From Candidatus Thorarchaeota archaeon (GTDB lineage: Archaea > Asgardarchaeota > Thorarchaeia > Thorarchaeales > Thorarchaeaceae): a stretch of 49,224 bases of DNA. Positions within the stretch are counted from its first letter, which is position 1; each line of letters starts with the position of its first letter. This document shows, piece after piece, positions 1 through 8,951 of this stretch. Location of the stretch: contig JAEOTX010000100.1 of NCBI GenBank assembly GCA_016839605.1, positions 1 to 49,224 of the forward strand. Reading direction: 5' to 3'. The notes under the pieces are model-generated. The model saw nothing but the letters and a program-made list of their open reading frames with translations. It searched no databases and was not told the DNA's origin. The translations under genes and the position numbers were made by a program.

Positions 1-150
1 CGAGTCAATAAGGACGGAAGTGTCTTGGATTCCAAGCAAAAGAAGGCTGGCGATTATTACTACATTGGGACATAGTTCTTTCCGTTTTCTTCAAGCAATC
101 TAGGAAGATTCAAGATATCGTTTCAGTCGAGCTATGCTTGAGGCAGAAAC

Positions 151-792
151 ATGGTCAAATGCACTAGCTGTGGAAAGTGGAGCTGTAGAACAGGAGACCT
201 GGACAAGCTCCCAACCCAAGGGTTCTGTCCAATGGTAGAGCATGAAGACGCCTTGGTACGTGCGCGGAATCTCTACGATGATCCAACTACAAGAAGAATA
301 TCACAAGAAGCAGCGAGGGTCGAGGCCATTGGTTATTGCGAGTGGTCACGCGTGGAAGAAACAATGGAGTTCGCAAAGCGTATAGGTGCTAAGAAACTCG
401 GGATTGCATACTGCATCGGTTTGAAGCGTGAAGCAGCAATTTTAGCCAGAATCTACGAAAAGAACGGATTTGAGGCGGCATCGGTCTGTTGCAAGACTGG
501 CAGTATTCCTAAGGAGGAGGTTGGTCTTAAGGACGAGGATAAAATCCGGCCCGGCACCTATGAAACGGTCTGTAATCCAATAGGACAAGCAGAGGTGTTG
601 AACGCTGAAGAGACAGACTTGAATGTTATCGTGGGTCTCTGTGTAGGTCATGATTCCCTTTTCATTAAGCACTCCAACGCACTTGTTACATGTCTTGTCA
701 CTAAAGATCGTGTCTTGGCTCACAATCCAGTTGGAGCACTGTATACCTCGGAGTCATATTACAGAAAGAAGGTTTTCGAGAGGGACACGTGA
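151..792 (+). CDS. DUF1847 family Cys-rich putative metal-binding protein
   Basis: N-terminal CxxC..C..CP; SRVEETMEFAK, GIAYCIGL, CCKTG, CNPIGQA, GLCVGHD, KDRVLAHNP motifs typical of DUF1847. Confidence 0.85.
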   Translation: MVKCTSCGKWSCRTGDLDKLPTQGFCPMVEHEDALVRARNLYDDPTTRRISQEAARVEAIGYCEWSRVEETMEFAKRIGAKKLGIAYCIGLKREAAILARIYEKNGFEAASVCCKTGSIPKEEVGLKDEDKIRPGTYETVCNPIGQAEVLNAEETDLNVIVGLCVGHDSLFIKHSNALVTCLVTKDRVLAHNPVGALYTSESYYRKKVFERDT

Positions 793-796
793 CATT

Positions 797-1630
797 CTAC
801 CGCTTGTGGCCACGCATCCAGTAGTCCTTACCTGCGATTGCCTTTTCCTCGTCCATCTCTGCTAGTATCTTCACAGCTTCATTCCCACAGGCAATTACAT
901 CTTCTTCTCCTGCGACTGCAAACTTATCCCTGATCCTATTGGCATACACCGCACAAACAACACCTGATCTGAAACCAAAGATGTTTGTTAGAGTGAAGAT
1001 GGTAGCAGCCTCCATCTCAAAATTCGCCACGTTCGCCTTTTGGAGGTCTTCAATCAGAGTTTCGCTGAAGCTCTGTGTATAGCCATTGAAGCCTGGCCGA
1101 GACTGGCCAAGATAGAACGAGTCTGTTGAGGCTGATATTCCTAGGTGATACTTCATACCTAGAGTGTCCGCAGCTTCTACCAGCGCCATGACCACCTCAT
1201 ATGATGCGCTTGCAGGGAACTCAGGTCTAACATATTGCCTACTCGTGCCATCAAGTCTGACAGCACCTGTAGAAATAATCAAGTCCCCTATCTCTATCTC
1301 CTCTTTGAGAGTGGCACACGATCCCACACGGATGAAGTTCTTGACACCTACGTTTGCCAGTTCTTCAACAGCAATCGCTGTGCCTGGACCCCCAATGCCC
1401 GTTGAACAGGCTGAGATTGGTGTCCCCTTAAACACCCCTGTGTGAGTCACGTACTGCCTATGAGCTGCAACTTCCTGAAATGAGTCCCAATTAGAGCTTA
1501 TCTTTGCCACTCGTTGAGGGTCTCCAGGGAGCAGCACGGTCTCTGCAACCTCTCCTGGTTTCACCTCGATATGGTATTGCTCGCGCTCAGCAGTTTCAGG
1601 TCTTCGTGCAGAAACTGTGTCTTTCGGCAT
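797..1630 (-). CDS. udp: Uridine phosphorylase (PNP/UDP family)
   Basis: QYHI..LLPGDPQRV, STGIGGP, IRVGSC, SDSFYLGQ-like, NFEMEAAT motifs. Confidence 0.9.
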   Translation of the reverse strand: MPKDTVSARRPETAEREQYHIEVKPGEVAETVLLPGDPQRVAKISSNWDSFQEVAAHRQYVTHTGVFKGTPISACSTGIGGPGTAIAVEELANVGVKNFIRVGSCATLKEEIEIGDLIISTGAVRLDGTSRQYVRPEFPASASYEVVMALVEAADTLGMKYHLGISASTDSFYLGQSRPGFNGYTQSFSETLIEDLQKANVANFEMEAATIFTLTNIFGFRSGVVCAVYANRIRDKFAVAGEEDVIACGNEAVKILAEMDEEKAIAGKDYWMRGHKR

Positions 1631-1847
1631 GATTATCCCTTCTGTCTCATCATTACTAGGCTATTTGAGTTTCGGGCCTTCCAACACATCATTTACACTA
1701 CCAACAAACTATTATACGTCCATAGAATATTTGCTCTTCGTTCGGGATAGGGTTTCCGAAACATCTATTACAAACTCCAAAGGGGCCCAATCCTGTCAGA
1801 GGGTAACTGATGCCCTCTAAACAATCTGGAAACGGAGCGAGAATAGA

Positions 1848-2996
1848 TTGGTTGAAACCACCATTAGCGTGATCAAAGCCGACATTGGTTCGTTGGCTGG
1901 TCATGTTGTAGTACCCGATTTCCTGCTTGAGTTCGCTAGAAAGGAGCTAAAGGCAGGTGTGGAAAAGAAGATCATCAACGACTTTCATGTAACACATGCT
2001 GGAGATGATTTAGAGCTAATTATGACCCACTTCAAGGGTGAGAATAACGAAGAGGTCCACCGCTTAGCTTTTGACACATTCATGAAGGGAACCGAGCTGG
2101 CTCGTGAGAAGAAGATCTATGCTGCGGGACAAGACATCCTTTCAGACACCTTCAGTGGTAATGTCAAAGGGATGGGCCCTGGTTCAGCAGAGATGACTAT
2201 CGAGGAACGAAAGTCTGAGCCTTTTGCAATCTTCATGGCCGATAAGACCGAGCCTGGGGCATTCAATCTACCCCTGTTCAAGATATTCGCTGACCCGTTC
2301 AATACTGCAGGACTCATTATTGATCCAAACCTTCACGATGGCTTCACATTCGTGGTCCAAGACATCATGAAGGATGTACCATGCTTCGTTGACATGAAAT
2401 GTCCTGAGGAGATGTACGACTTGCTTGCTCTTCTCGGGAGTACTGGAACCTTTACAATAAAGAAGATCTATCGTGCAGACGGTATGGTCTGTGCGTCTGT
2501 CAGTACAGACAAACTTCACGCCGTAGCAGGCAAGTATGTTGGAAAAGACGACCCTGTTGCAATTATCCGGGCACACTCAGGTCTTCCAGCGATGGGAGAA
2601 GTGCTTGAAGCCTTCACAATTCCTCATCTAGTCGCTGGTTGGATGCGCGGCTCACATGCTGGGCCCTTGCTTCCTGTTGCACTAAAGGACTCAAGGTGTA
2701 CCAGATTTGATGGCCCGCCTCGTGTTATCGGTCTGGGCTTCCAGGTTTCTAATGGAATGCTTGTTGGTCCCATTGATCTATTTGACGACATTGCGTTTGA
2801 CATCACTCGCCAGCGTGGAATGGAGATTGCAGACTATCTTCGGCAACATGGACCATTCGAGTTCCATCGGCTATCATCGGATCGGATGGAGTATAGTACA
2901 CTGCCAAAGGTGCTCGACAAGTGTAGTACTCGTTTCACCGAAGAAGAGATAGTCCCAACAGGCAAAGCCAAGGATACTTCTGACTCTGCAGAGTAG
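1848..2996 (+). CDS. fbp: Fructose-1,6-bisphosphate aldolase/phosphatase (FBPase class V)
   Basis: IKADIG, GDDLELIMTH, YAAGQD, GNVKGMGPG, DKTEPGAFN, YVGKDDP, GWMRGSH, RFDGPPRV motifs; TTG start. Confidence 0.95.
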   Translation: MVETTISVIKADIGSLAGHVVVPDFLLEFARKELKAGVEKKIINDFHVTHAGDDLELIMTHFKGENNEEVHRLAFDTFMKGTELAREKKIYAAGQDILSDTFSGNVKGMGPGSAEMTIEERKSEPFAIFMADKTEPGAFNLPLFKIFADPFNTAGLIIDPNLHDGFTFVVQDIMKDVPCFVDMKCPEEMYDLLALLGSTGTFTIKKIYRADGMVCASVSTDKLHAVAGKYVGKDDPVAIIRAHSGLPAMGEVLEAFTIPHLVAGWMRGSHAGPLLPVALKDSRCTRFDGPPRVIGLGFQVSNGMLVGPIDLFDDIAFDITRQRGMEIADYLRQHGPFEFHRLSSDRMEYSTLPKVLDKCSTRFTEEEIVPTGKAKDTSDSAE

Positions 2997-2998
2997 AT

Positions 2999-3025
2999 GC
3001 GGGACAGAAGTCCCGCTTTCTCTTT
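2999..3025 (+). terminator. GC hairpin plus T-rich tract after fbp
   Basis: GCGGGAC-AGAA-GTCCCGC followed by TTTCTCTTT directly after the fbp stop, between convergent genes. Confidence 0.6.
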
Positions 3026-3037
3026 GATTCCCGAGAA

Positions 3038-3355
3038 TCAACCTGTTCTCTTGATTATATGATAACCAAATTCAGTTTTGACTGGATCTGTGGTCATAGC
3101 TCCAATATTGAGAGCATAGACCGCCTTTTCAAACTCTTTCACCATCTCTCCTCTACCAAAGCAACCAAGGTTCCCACCACGCTTCTTCGAAGAACAATCA
3201 CTGTATTGCTTACAGAGAGCTGCGAAGTCTTCTCCCTCCCTAATTCTGCTGATTATCTCAAGCGCCTGACTATGCTTCTTAACCAGAATATGGCTGGCAC
3301 ATACCTTGCCTCCTCCACCGCCCTTCTTCTTCTTGGCTTTGCTCTTCTTGCCCAT
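3038..3355 (-). CDS. Parvulin-type peptidyl-prolyl cis-trans isomerase with Lys/Gly-rich N-tail
   Basis: ASHILVK, F..L.KQYS, GGNLG.FGRGEMVKEFE, PVKTEFGYHII motifs. Confidence 0.92.
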   Translation of the reverse strand: MGKKSKAKKKKGGGGGKVCASHILVKKHSQALEIISRIREGEDFAALCKQYSDCSSKKRGGNLGCFGRGEMVKEFEKAVYALNIGAMTTDPVKTEFGYHIIKRTG

Positions 3356-3569
3356 GTGTCACACCACAAAAGCCCTTGGAAAACATCGCAATAAGCACTA
3401 CGATACTGGATGTCAGTTGTAGACAGGGTTCTGCCTCTCTCCTCGACAAAAGAGGCACATGAGATTCTGGAATGTGGAGAGCAATTTGGGAAGATTGTTC
3501 TAGTTCAATAGAACGCGGCTTTCATTCTGGATAGAGAGCGAGTAATACCGTGGTGTCAATCTGGAAATG

Positions 3570-3589
3570 ACACGCTTTCATTAGCGTGT
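3570..3589. promoter_or_regulatory. Inverted repeat upstream of RHH regulator (possible operator)
   Basis: ACACGCT-N6-AGCGTGT about 25 bp upstream of the ATG at 3615. Confidence 0.35.
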
Positions 3590-3614
3590 TTGCCACCTAC
3601 ATGGTTGGTCAAGA

Positions 3615-3845
3615 ATGAAAGTAGTTACGATTTGCCTGCCTGAATCTTATGTCGATGGCTTGGACAAGCTCATTGGCCAAAGCAAATACCCTAACCGCTC
3701 TGAGGTAATCAGAATTGCTATTCGCGACCTCCTTGTGGATGAGTTGTGGGGAGACCGAACCCAATCGAAATCTATTCCACTAATTGCCCAACTGCAAGAA
3801 CTAGCCTCTGCCCAAAAGATGACTCCTGCTGATCCATCGACCTAG
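3615..3845 (+). CDS. Ribbon-helix-helix (CopG/NikR-like) transcriptional regulator
   Basis: MKVVTICLPE..LD.L...KYPNRSEVIR.AIRDLL RHH signature. Confidence 0.88.
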   Translation: MKVVTICLPESYVDGLDKLIGQSKYPNRSEVIRIAIRDLLVDELWGDRTQSKSIPLIAQLQELASAQKMTPADPST

Positions 3846-3960
3846 TTGTACAATCAAATTACCTTTTTCTGTAAGTACTGTCTTTCGAACTCTGTCGACT
3901 TATTTCAGCGACAAAGGGAACTAATCGTGAATTTAGAAAGTCGACCTTTCAAAGGAGACC

Positions 3961-4554
3961 GTGCGCAAGATGGAAAGAATCAAGAAACTATTTGGTCGTG
4001 ACGAAGAGGAAGAAGAAGTAAAAGAAGCTCCTGCTGCTGAGGAAGCTGCTCCAGAGGAAGCAGCAGCACCTGCTGAGGTTATTGAGGAAGTAGCTGAGCC
4101 TGAGCCAGAAGTAGCTGCAGAGCCAGATGAACCATTCCCAGTTGATGGAGCTGCTACAATTCCATACCATTCAGAGATCACAGACCGATTGCAGTATATG
4201 TTCAATGATTCTAACATCGCCGCGAATATAGAGGGGACTGATAAGTTCACAATCGAATTCATGGCTATGGGTGAACGATTCAATTTCATCAAAGAAGCTC
4301 TGAGCGAAGTCAAGTATGGAATAGGGTCAGCGTCTGATGAGGATGTCTTCATACGTATCTCAAATGATGCTGTAGCGGAGTTGCTGAGTGCGCCTAACTT
4401 TGAGGAGTTCAGAAAAATATACATGAAATATTATAGGAGTCCTGATGCTGGGAAATTCGTCAAGATTGAGCTTCGCAAGGACCTTGTTTGGATGAACCGC
4501 CATGGATATGCTCGGGTTCCTCTTCTGAAGCTCTTAGTTGGTCAGGTCCGATAA
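3961..4554 (+). CDS. Hypothetical protein: Glu/Ala/Pro-rich disordered N-terminus plus possible SCP2-like domain
   Basis: AAGGAG upstream of GTG; low-complexity acidic N-term; C-terminal alpha/beta pattern (G...DEDVFIRIS.D...EL) reminiscent of SCP2 folds. Confidence 0.6.
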   Translation: MRKMERIKKLFGRDEEEEEVKEAPAAEEAAPEEAAAPAEVIEEVAEPEPEVAAEPDEPFPVDGAATIPYHSEITDRLQYMFNDSNIAANIEGTDKFTIEFMAMGERFNFIKEALSEVKYGIGSASDEDVFIRISNDAVAELLSAPNFEEFRKIYMKYYRSPDAGKFVKIELRKDLVWMNRHGYARVPLLKLLVGQVR

Positions 4555-4623
4555 ATCTCCGATCAATAAGCAACACAACTTATTAGCGGTTGCTACTCGA
4601 ATCCTCTGCCCAAGGCGCCATAG

Positions 4624-5334
<711 letters not shown>

Positions 5335-5390
5335 TCCATTCCGGTTCATTTTTCACGGGATCCCTTGCCATCCAGACTTGGCGATTGTAG

Positions 5391-6272
5391 GTGAAAGTGA
5401 CACTAGAATGCGCTCATTGTTTGCTTGAGAGAGCAATAAATCAGGTGAAGTTAGCAACAGATGATCCAGAAATGCAGATGAATGTGACTACGGCCATGCT
5501 TGATTTCCTTAGTAAGAGCTTCAATATGGACGCTGTTCCTAGTCATATTGGCACTGACCGTGACCTCTTGGTCCAAGAAATGACTGGAAAAGACCCCTAT
5601 GCAGAGCTCAAACGCGTTTCGAATGCTATGGCACTGGAAATCTTTCCAGATCTAAGGCAGCTTGTGGACGAATTTTCTGGTACTGCAGGTAGGTTCAGGA
5701 GAGCCACGCTCATTGCAGCAGCAGCTAATGCAATCGAATTCGATGTGTCTGGACGGGACTTTGATTTGGATGAACTCAGAGGAATCATTGAGCGTGTTGA
5801 ATCTGATCTTGCGGTCGATGAAGTGGATGATTTCATGCACCTTTGTCAGGACACAAAAGAAGTCCTATACCTGTTGGACAATGCAGGAGAAGTTGTCCTA
5901 GATATGATTCTGATTTCTGAGATCAAGAAACTCGGACCGAAAGTGGTTGCAGTAGCAAAGGGGGGACCTATTCTAAATGATGCCACTATGATTGATGCCG
6001 AGGAGGTTGGTCTCGATGGATGCGCGGACAAGGTGATTCATACTGGTGCCGCGGCAATCGGAGTCAATCTTGAAAGAAACTCCGAAGAGTTCCTTTCAGT
6101 TTTCCGTAATGCCGAACTGATAGTGGCTAAGGGGATGGGCAACTTTGAGTCGTTAACAGAAATGAAGCCTCATTGCCCAATTGTACATATCCTCAGAACA
6201 AAATGTCCTCCAGTAGCCCAACATGTAGGAACAGGTCTCAATCGGAATGTTGTTCTTGTGAGAAGACCTTGA
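5391..6272 (+). CDS. ARMT1/DUF89 damage-control metal-dependent phosphatase
   Basis: N-terminal ECxxC, DPYAELK..SN, DNAGE..D, PILNDAT, KGMGNFE, KC.PVA motifs. Confidence 0.88.
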   Translation: MKVTLECAHCLLERAINQVKLATDDPEMQMNVTTAMLDFLSKSFNMDAVPSHIGTDRDLLVQEMTGKDPYAELKRVSNAMALEIFPDLRQLVDEFSGTAGRFRRATLIAAAANAIEFDVSGRDFDLDELRGIIERVESDLAVDEVDDFMHLCQDTKEVLYLLDNAGEVVLDMILISEIKKLGPKVVAVAKGGPILNDATMIDAEEVGLDGCADKVIHTGAAAIGVNLERNSEEFLSVFRNAELIVAKGMGNFESLTEMKPHCPIVHILRTKCPPVAQHVGTGLNRNVVLVRRP

Positions 6273-6290
6273 TGGACGCACTTTCTAGGA

Positions 6291-7115
6291 TTAGCCCTTT
6301 GAGAGAGTCTTAGTTACAGAATCTGATTTTGTATACTCGATTTTAAGATCGGGAAATTGCAGGCTGAGTTGATGTTTCAAGCGGTTCATACCCGGCTCTT
6401 CAGTGACAAATGCTCCTGCTTCATAGATTTGCAATCCTTCTTCAGCAGCCAATAGTCTTACCTCAGGAGATAGCTCACCGGTGACTACTGTAGTGATGTT
6501 TTGCTTTTTAGCAGCCAAAATCTCTGGAACATCCAAAAGACTTCCTGGAAAAACCAGAGTCCGACCCACCTCTTCATCAAGGTCTCCTGAGAACTTGACG
6601 AATTCAATACCAAGTTTTTCAGTCAGTTGATTCGCAAACAGTGAATGATTCATGCTGCTTTTGGGTTGGAATATTCGACCTGCAGGAACAAGATCTCCTG
6701 TGTCTCCCATTACTAAGAACTCGTCAGTCTTGCTATATCCTAAGGCTTCGACAAGCGCGTCCGCAATTCCGTCTCGGGCGCAGATCCATGAACTTCCAAG
6801 TATGTAGCTCGAGATGTAGTTCTTAGTCAGAAGACGTACTCGGATCAGATCAAGACCTGAAAGCCTGTCAATCGCGAATGGGAATAGTGGGCAATGAGTC
6901 ACAAGCAGATTCGCCTTGTCTTGAGTGGCCTTAGCTACCACTCTTCCAGAGGGATATGTGGCTATGATGACTCTGTTGACCGTCGTTTTCTCCTGTTCAT
7001 TTTCTGTCTGGGGGCCAATCTCAACTCTCGAAGGAAGACCACCGAATACTAGATGCGGTGGGGCAATCATCTCGAGATGCTTCACGATTGTCAGTAGAGT
7101 AGTCACTTGCAACAC
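6291..7115 (-). CDS. Nif3-like (DUF34) protein, metal ligands partly degenerate
   Basis: L..IAP, LLVTHCPLF (normally THHP), VTGEL, AGAFVTEEPG (normally AGHY.TE..G). Confidence 0.7.
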   Translation of the reverse strand: MLQVTTLLTIVKHLEMIAPPHLVFGGLPSRVEIGPQTENEQEKTTVNRVIIATYPSGRVVAKATQDKANLLVTHCPLFPFAIDRLSGLDLIRVRLLTKNYISSYILGSSWICARDGIADALVEALGYSKTDEFLVMGDTGDLVPAGRIFQPKSSMNHSLFANQLTEKLGIEFVKFSGDLDEEVGRTLVFPGSLLDVPEILAAKKQNITTVVTGELSPEVRLLAAEEGLQIYEAGAFVTEEPGMNRLKHQLSLQFPDLKIEYTKSDSVTKTLSKG

Positions 7116-7202
7116 CTGATTAGATTGTTAGATGCACAACATGCTAGTTCAGGGATACCCCTGTCTTATTCTTTGTCATGAATAGGAGTAACAGACTAGA
7201 AT

Positions 7203-7646
7203 CTATTCCTCTATATCCTCGTCGTCTATTATCTCATCATCATAGGAATAGAGGTCTTCGAGTTCTTTGTCAATAGCTTCGGGTTCCGGCTCATCCTCAA
7301 TGACCTCAAGTTCCGGCTCTTTTTCAGGCGCTTCCTCAACGACTTCCAGTTCTGGCTCCTCGTCAATGACCTCAAGTTCAGGTTCTTCTTCCATGACCTC
7401 AATTTCGGGTTCCTGATCGATGACTTCCAGCTCTGGTTCTTTCTTCTTCTTTGGAGCCTTCTTCTTAGGCTTGGCCTTCTCCTTCTTCTCGGTCACAACC
7501 TGTGCGGAGGGCTTCTTCTTGAATGACCAGTATTCTGTTCGTGCTTTGCGATGCTTACGCAATTTTCTGAAGTCTACCTGCTGTGGATTCTGAGTCTTTC
7601 TAATACGTATCAGGTTTCGCTTTGCAGTCTTCTCTTTGTTGACCAT
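7203..7646 (-). CDS. Basic N-terminal / acidic repeat C-terminal protein (possible divergent eL39-like head)
   Basis: GGTGAG upstream; Lys/Arg-rich first ~70 aa followed by EPELEV(I/V)xE repeats. Confidence 0.6.
   Translation of the reverse strand: MVNKEKTAKRNLIRIRKTQNPQQVDFRKLRKHRKARTEYWSFKKKPSAQVVTEKKEKAKPKKKAPKKKKEPELEVIDQEPEIEVMEEEPELEVIDEEPELEVVEEAPEKEPELEVIEDEPEPEAIDKELEDLYSYDDEIIDDEDIEE
7293..7439 (-). repeat. Intragenic 27-bp (9-aa EPELEVIDE-type) tandem repeat, 5 copies
   Basis: EPELEVIDQ, EPEIEVMEE, EPELEVIDE, EPELEVVEE, (APEK), EPELEVIED. Confidence 0.8.
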
Positions 7647-7770
7647 CAGAAACTCACCGTCGCTTCTTCAGCGTGCTCCGCTGCGGCTGTTGTTATAACT
7701 GTGTCGGAGAATTATATCGGCTAGAGGAAGGCTTTTTGTTCCGGTATTGAGTGAAGTCTACTCGGAATAG

Positions 7771-8304
7771 GTGAATATCGAGATGAACCCCGCACGCAAG
7801 GATCAGACAGTCAGTATTCGAGTAAGGCTTGATAGAGCGACCCTTGATAGAATTGATGGAATCGTTGGTGAGCGGGGCCGCCAGAGATTCATCAAGGATG
7901 CCATATTCTGGAAACTTGATCAGGAGATTCCTCCTATAGTATTCGAGTTGAAAGAAAGTGTGGAGCAACTACAGGAAAGAGTTGATCATCTTGAGGGTAC
8001 TCGCTCTACCAGTGTCTATATTGGAGGTATGTCTGACACATTCAAGATGCAGGTCTGTAGAGATGATTTGGACAGGAAGATTATCGCCTACTTTCTCCAG
8101 CATGAGGGTGCATCAACACCTGAATTAGCCAAGAAGCTCCTGAATGACCCCTCAAAGCGCAAGACAATTCATGTGCGAATTCGAAAACTGAATGAGCGTT
8201 CAGAGGACATGCTCGGAAAGCGGATTCTACGGTACGAGAAGGGTGAGGTCAAGGAGAAGCGTGGTGCTTGGTGGCTTGTTGAGCCTGATCTTGTTCGGGA
8301 GTAA
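7771..8304 (+). CDS. Putative DNA-binding protein: RHH-like N-terminus, short coiled coil, C-terminal winged HTH
   Basis: VSIRVRLD..TLDRID.....RQRFIKDAI (RHH); DDLDRKIIAYF...GASTPELAK...W wHTH pattern. Confidence 0.65.
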   Translation: MNIEMNPARKDQTVSIRVRLDRATLDRIDGIVGERGRQRFIKDAIFWKLDQEIPPIVFELKESVEQLQERVDHLEGTRSTSVYIGGMSDTFKMQVCRDDLDRKIIAYFLQHEGASTPELAKKLLNDPSKRKTIHVRIRKLNERSEDMLGKRILRYEKGEVKEKRGAWWLVEPDLVRE

Positions 8305-8324
8305 TCAATATCGCCTGCAGCAAA

Positions 8325-8332
8325 TCTATAAA
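8325..8332 (+). promoter_or_regulatory. TATA box of tRNA-Arg(CCG)
   Basis: TCTATAAA starting 29 nt upstream of the tRNA; same spacing as at the second tRNA. Confidence 0.55.
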
Positions 8333-8353
8333 GAGCCGCCCTCGAGGAGTCTT

Positions 8354-8431
8354 GGGGCCGTAGTCTAGCCTGGATAAGGCACCAGCCTCCGGAGTTGGTA
8401 ATCCCCGGTTCGAATCCGGGCGGTCCCGCCA
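8354..8431 (+). tRNA. tRNA-Arg (anticodon CCG)
   Basis: Acceptor GGGGCCG/CGGTCCC, anticodon arm CCAGC-CTCCGGA-GTTGG, T-loop GGTTCGAATCC, encoded CCA, no intron. Confidence 0.95.
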
Positions 8432-8509
8432 CTATTTGTGTTCAAATCAAATCGATTGGAGTTTAAAAGCCCGGCTAAGACACACTTGTCTGACGCGAGG
8501 TCGAAATCG

Positions 8510-8716
8510 ATGAGCATATTGAAGGGCTTACGTTCACATCCTGAAAGAGTGGTTGAACGTTTCACCAGATACCTTAATGGTCCAATGGGACGTACGGTCC
8601 TGGAAACTTTGGATGAAGGTGAAAGCTTCATTTTACAAACATCAGAGCATACTTTCAGGGTCACAAGGAAGAGGGGCAAAGCAGTAGTAGAACTGATTTC
8701 GGTGTCATTGCTTTGA
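8510..8716 (+). CDS. Small hypothetical protein (68 aa) between the two tRNA-Arg genes
   Basis: ATG at 8510 preceded by GAGGT and a TTTAAAA box at about 8462; longer ORF from 8438 less likely. Confidence 0.55.
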   Translation: MSILKGLRSHPERVVERFTRYLNGPMGRTVLETLDEGESFILQTSEHTFRVTRKRGKAVVELISVSLL

Positions 8717-8759
8717 ACCAGCATCTTGTCTGACTCTATTACAGATTTGCAACGAAGAG

Positions 8760-8767
8760 TCTATAAG
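8760..8767 (+). promoter_or_regulatory. TATA box of tRNA-Arg(GCG)
   Basis: TCTATAAG starting 29 nt upstream of the tRNA. Confidence 0.55.
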
Positions 8768-8788
8768 CCGACTGAGGCCTCATCCGTT

Positions 8789-8866
8789 GGGGCCGTAGTC
8801 TAGCCTGGATAAGGCACCAGCCTGCGGAGTTGGTAATCCCCGGTTCGAATCCGGGCGGTCCCGCCA
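8789..8866 (+). tRNA. tRNA-Arg (anticodon GCG)
   Basis: Same body as 8354-8431 with anticodon loop CTGCGGA; encoded CCA. Confidence 0.95.
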
Positions 8867-8951
8867 CTGTTTTTCATTACTTTTATCATCGGCGTGAAGC
8901 TTAAATGAGCGGGAAATTCGACAAATATGCTAGTCTTGTTCTGGAAAGACA

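Noticed and set aside
1-75. Possible 3' end of an upstream CDS (frame 1, ...KKAGDYYYIGT stop)
   Set aside because: Too short to support a call
3933-4424. 163-aa Ser/Ala-rich minus-strand ORF
   Set aside because: Antisense shadow of the low-complexity Glu/Ala gene on the plus strand
7293-7439. Regularly spaced repeats as a CRISPR array
   Set aside because: In-frame degenerate 27-bp coding repeats with no spacers and no cas genes
8169-8724. Minus-strand ORFs 8169-8432 (MAGPPGFEPG...) and 8365-8724
   Set aside because: Typical antisense shadows of the tRNA gene and neighbouring ORFs
8354-8866. Integrated mobile element bounded by tRNA att sites
   Set aside because: Both repeats are full-length tRNAs with their own TATA boxes, and there is no integrase; kept only as a duplication finding
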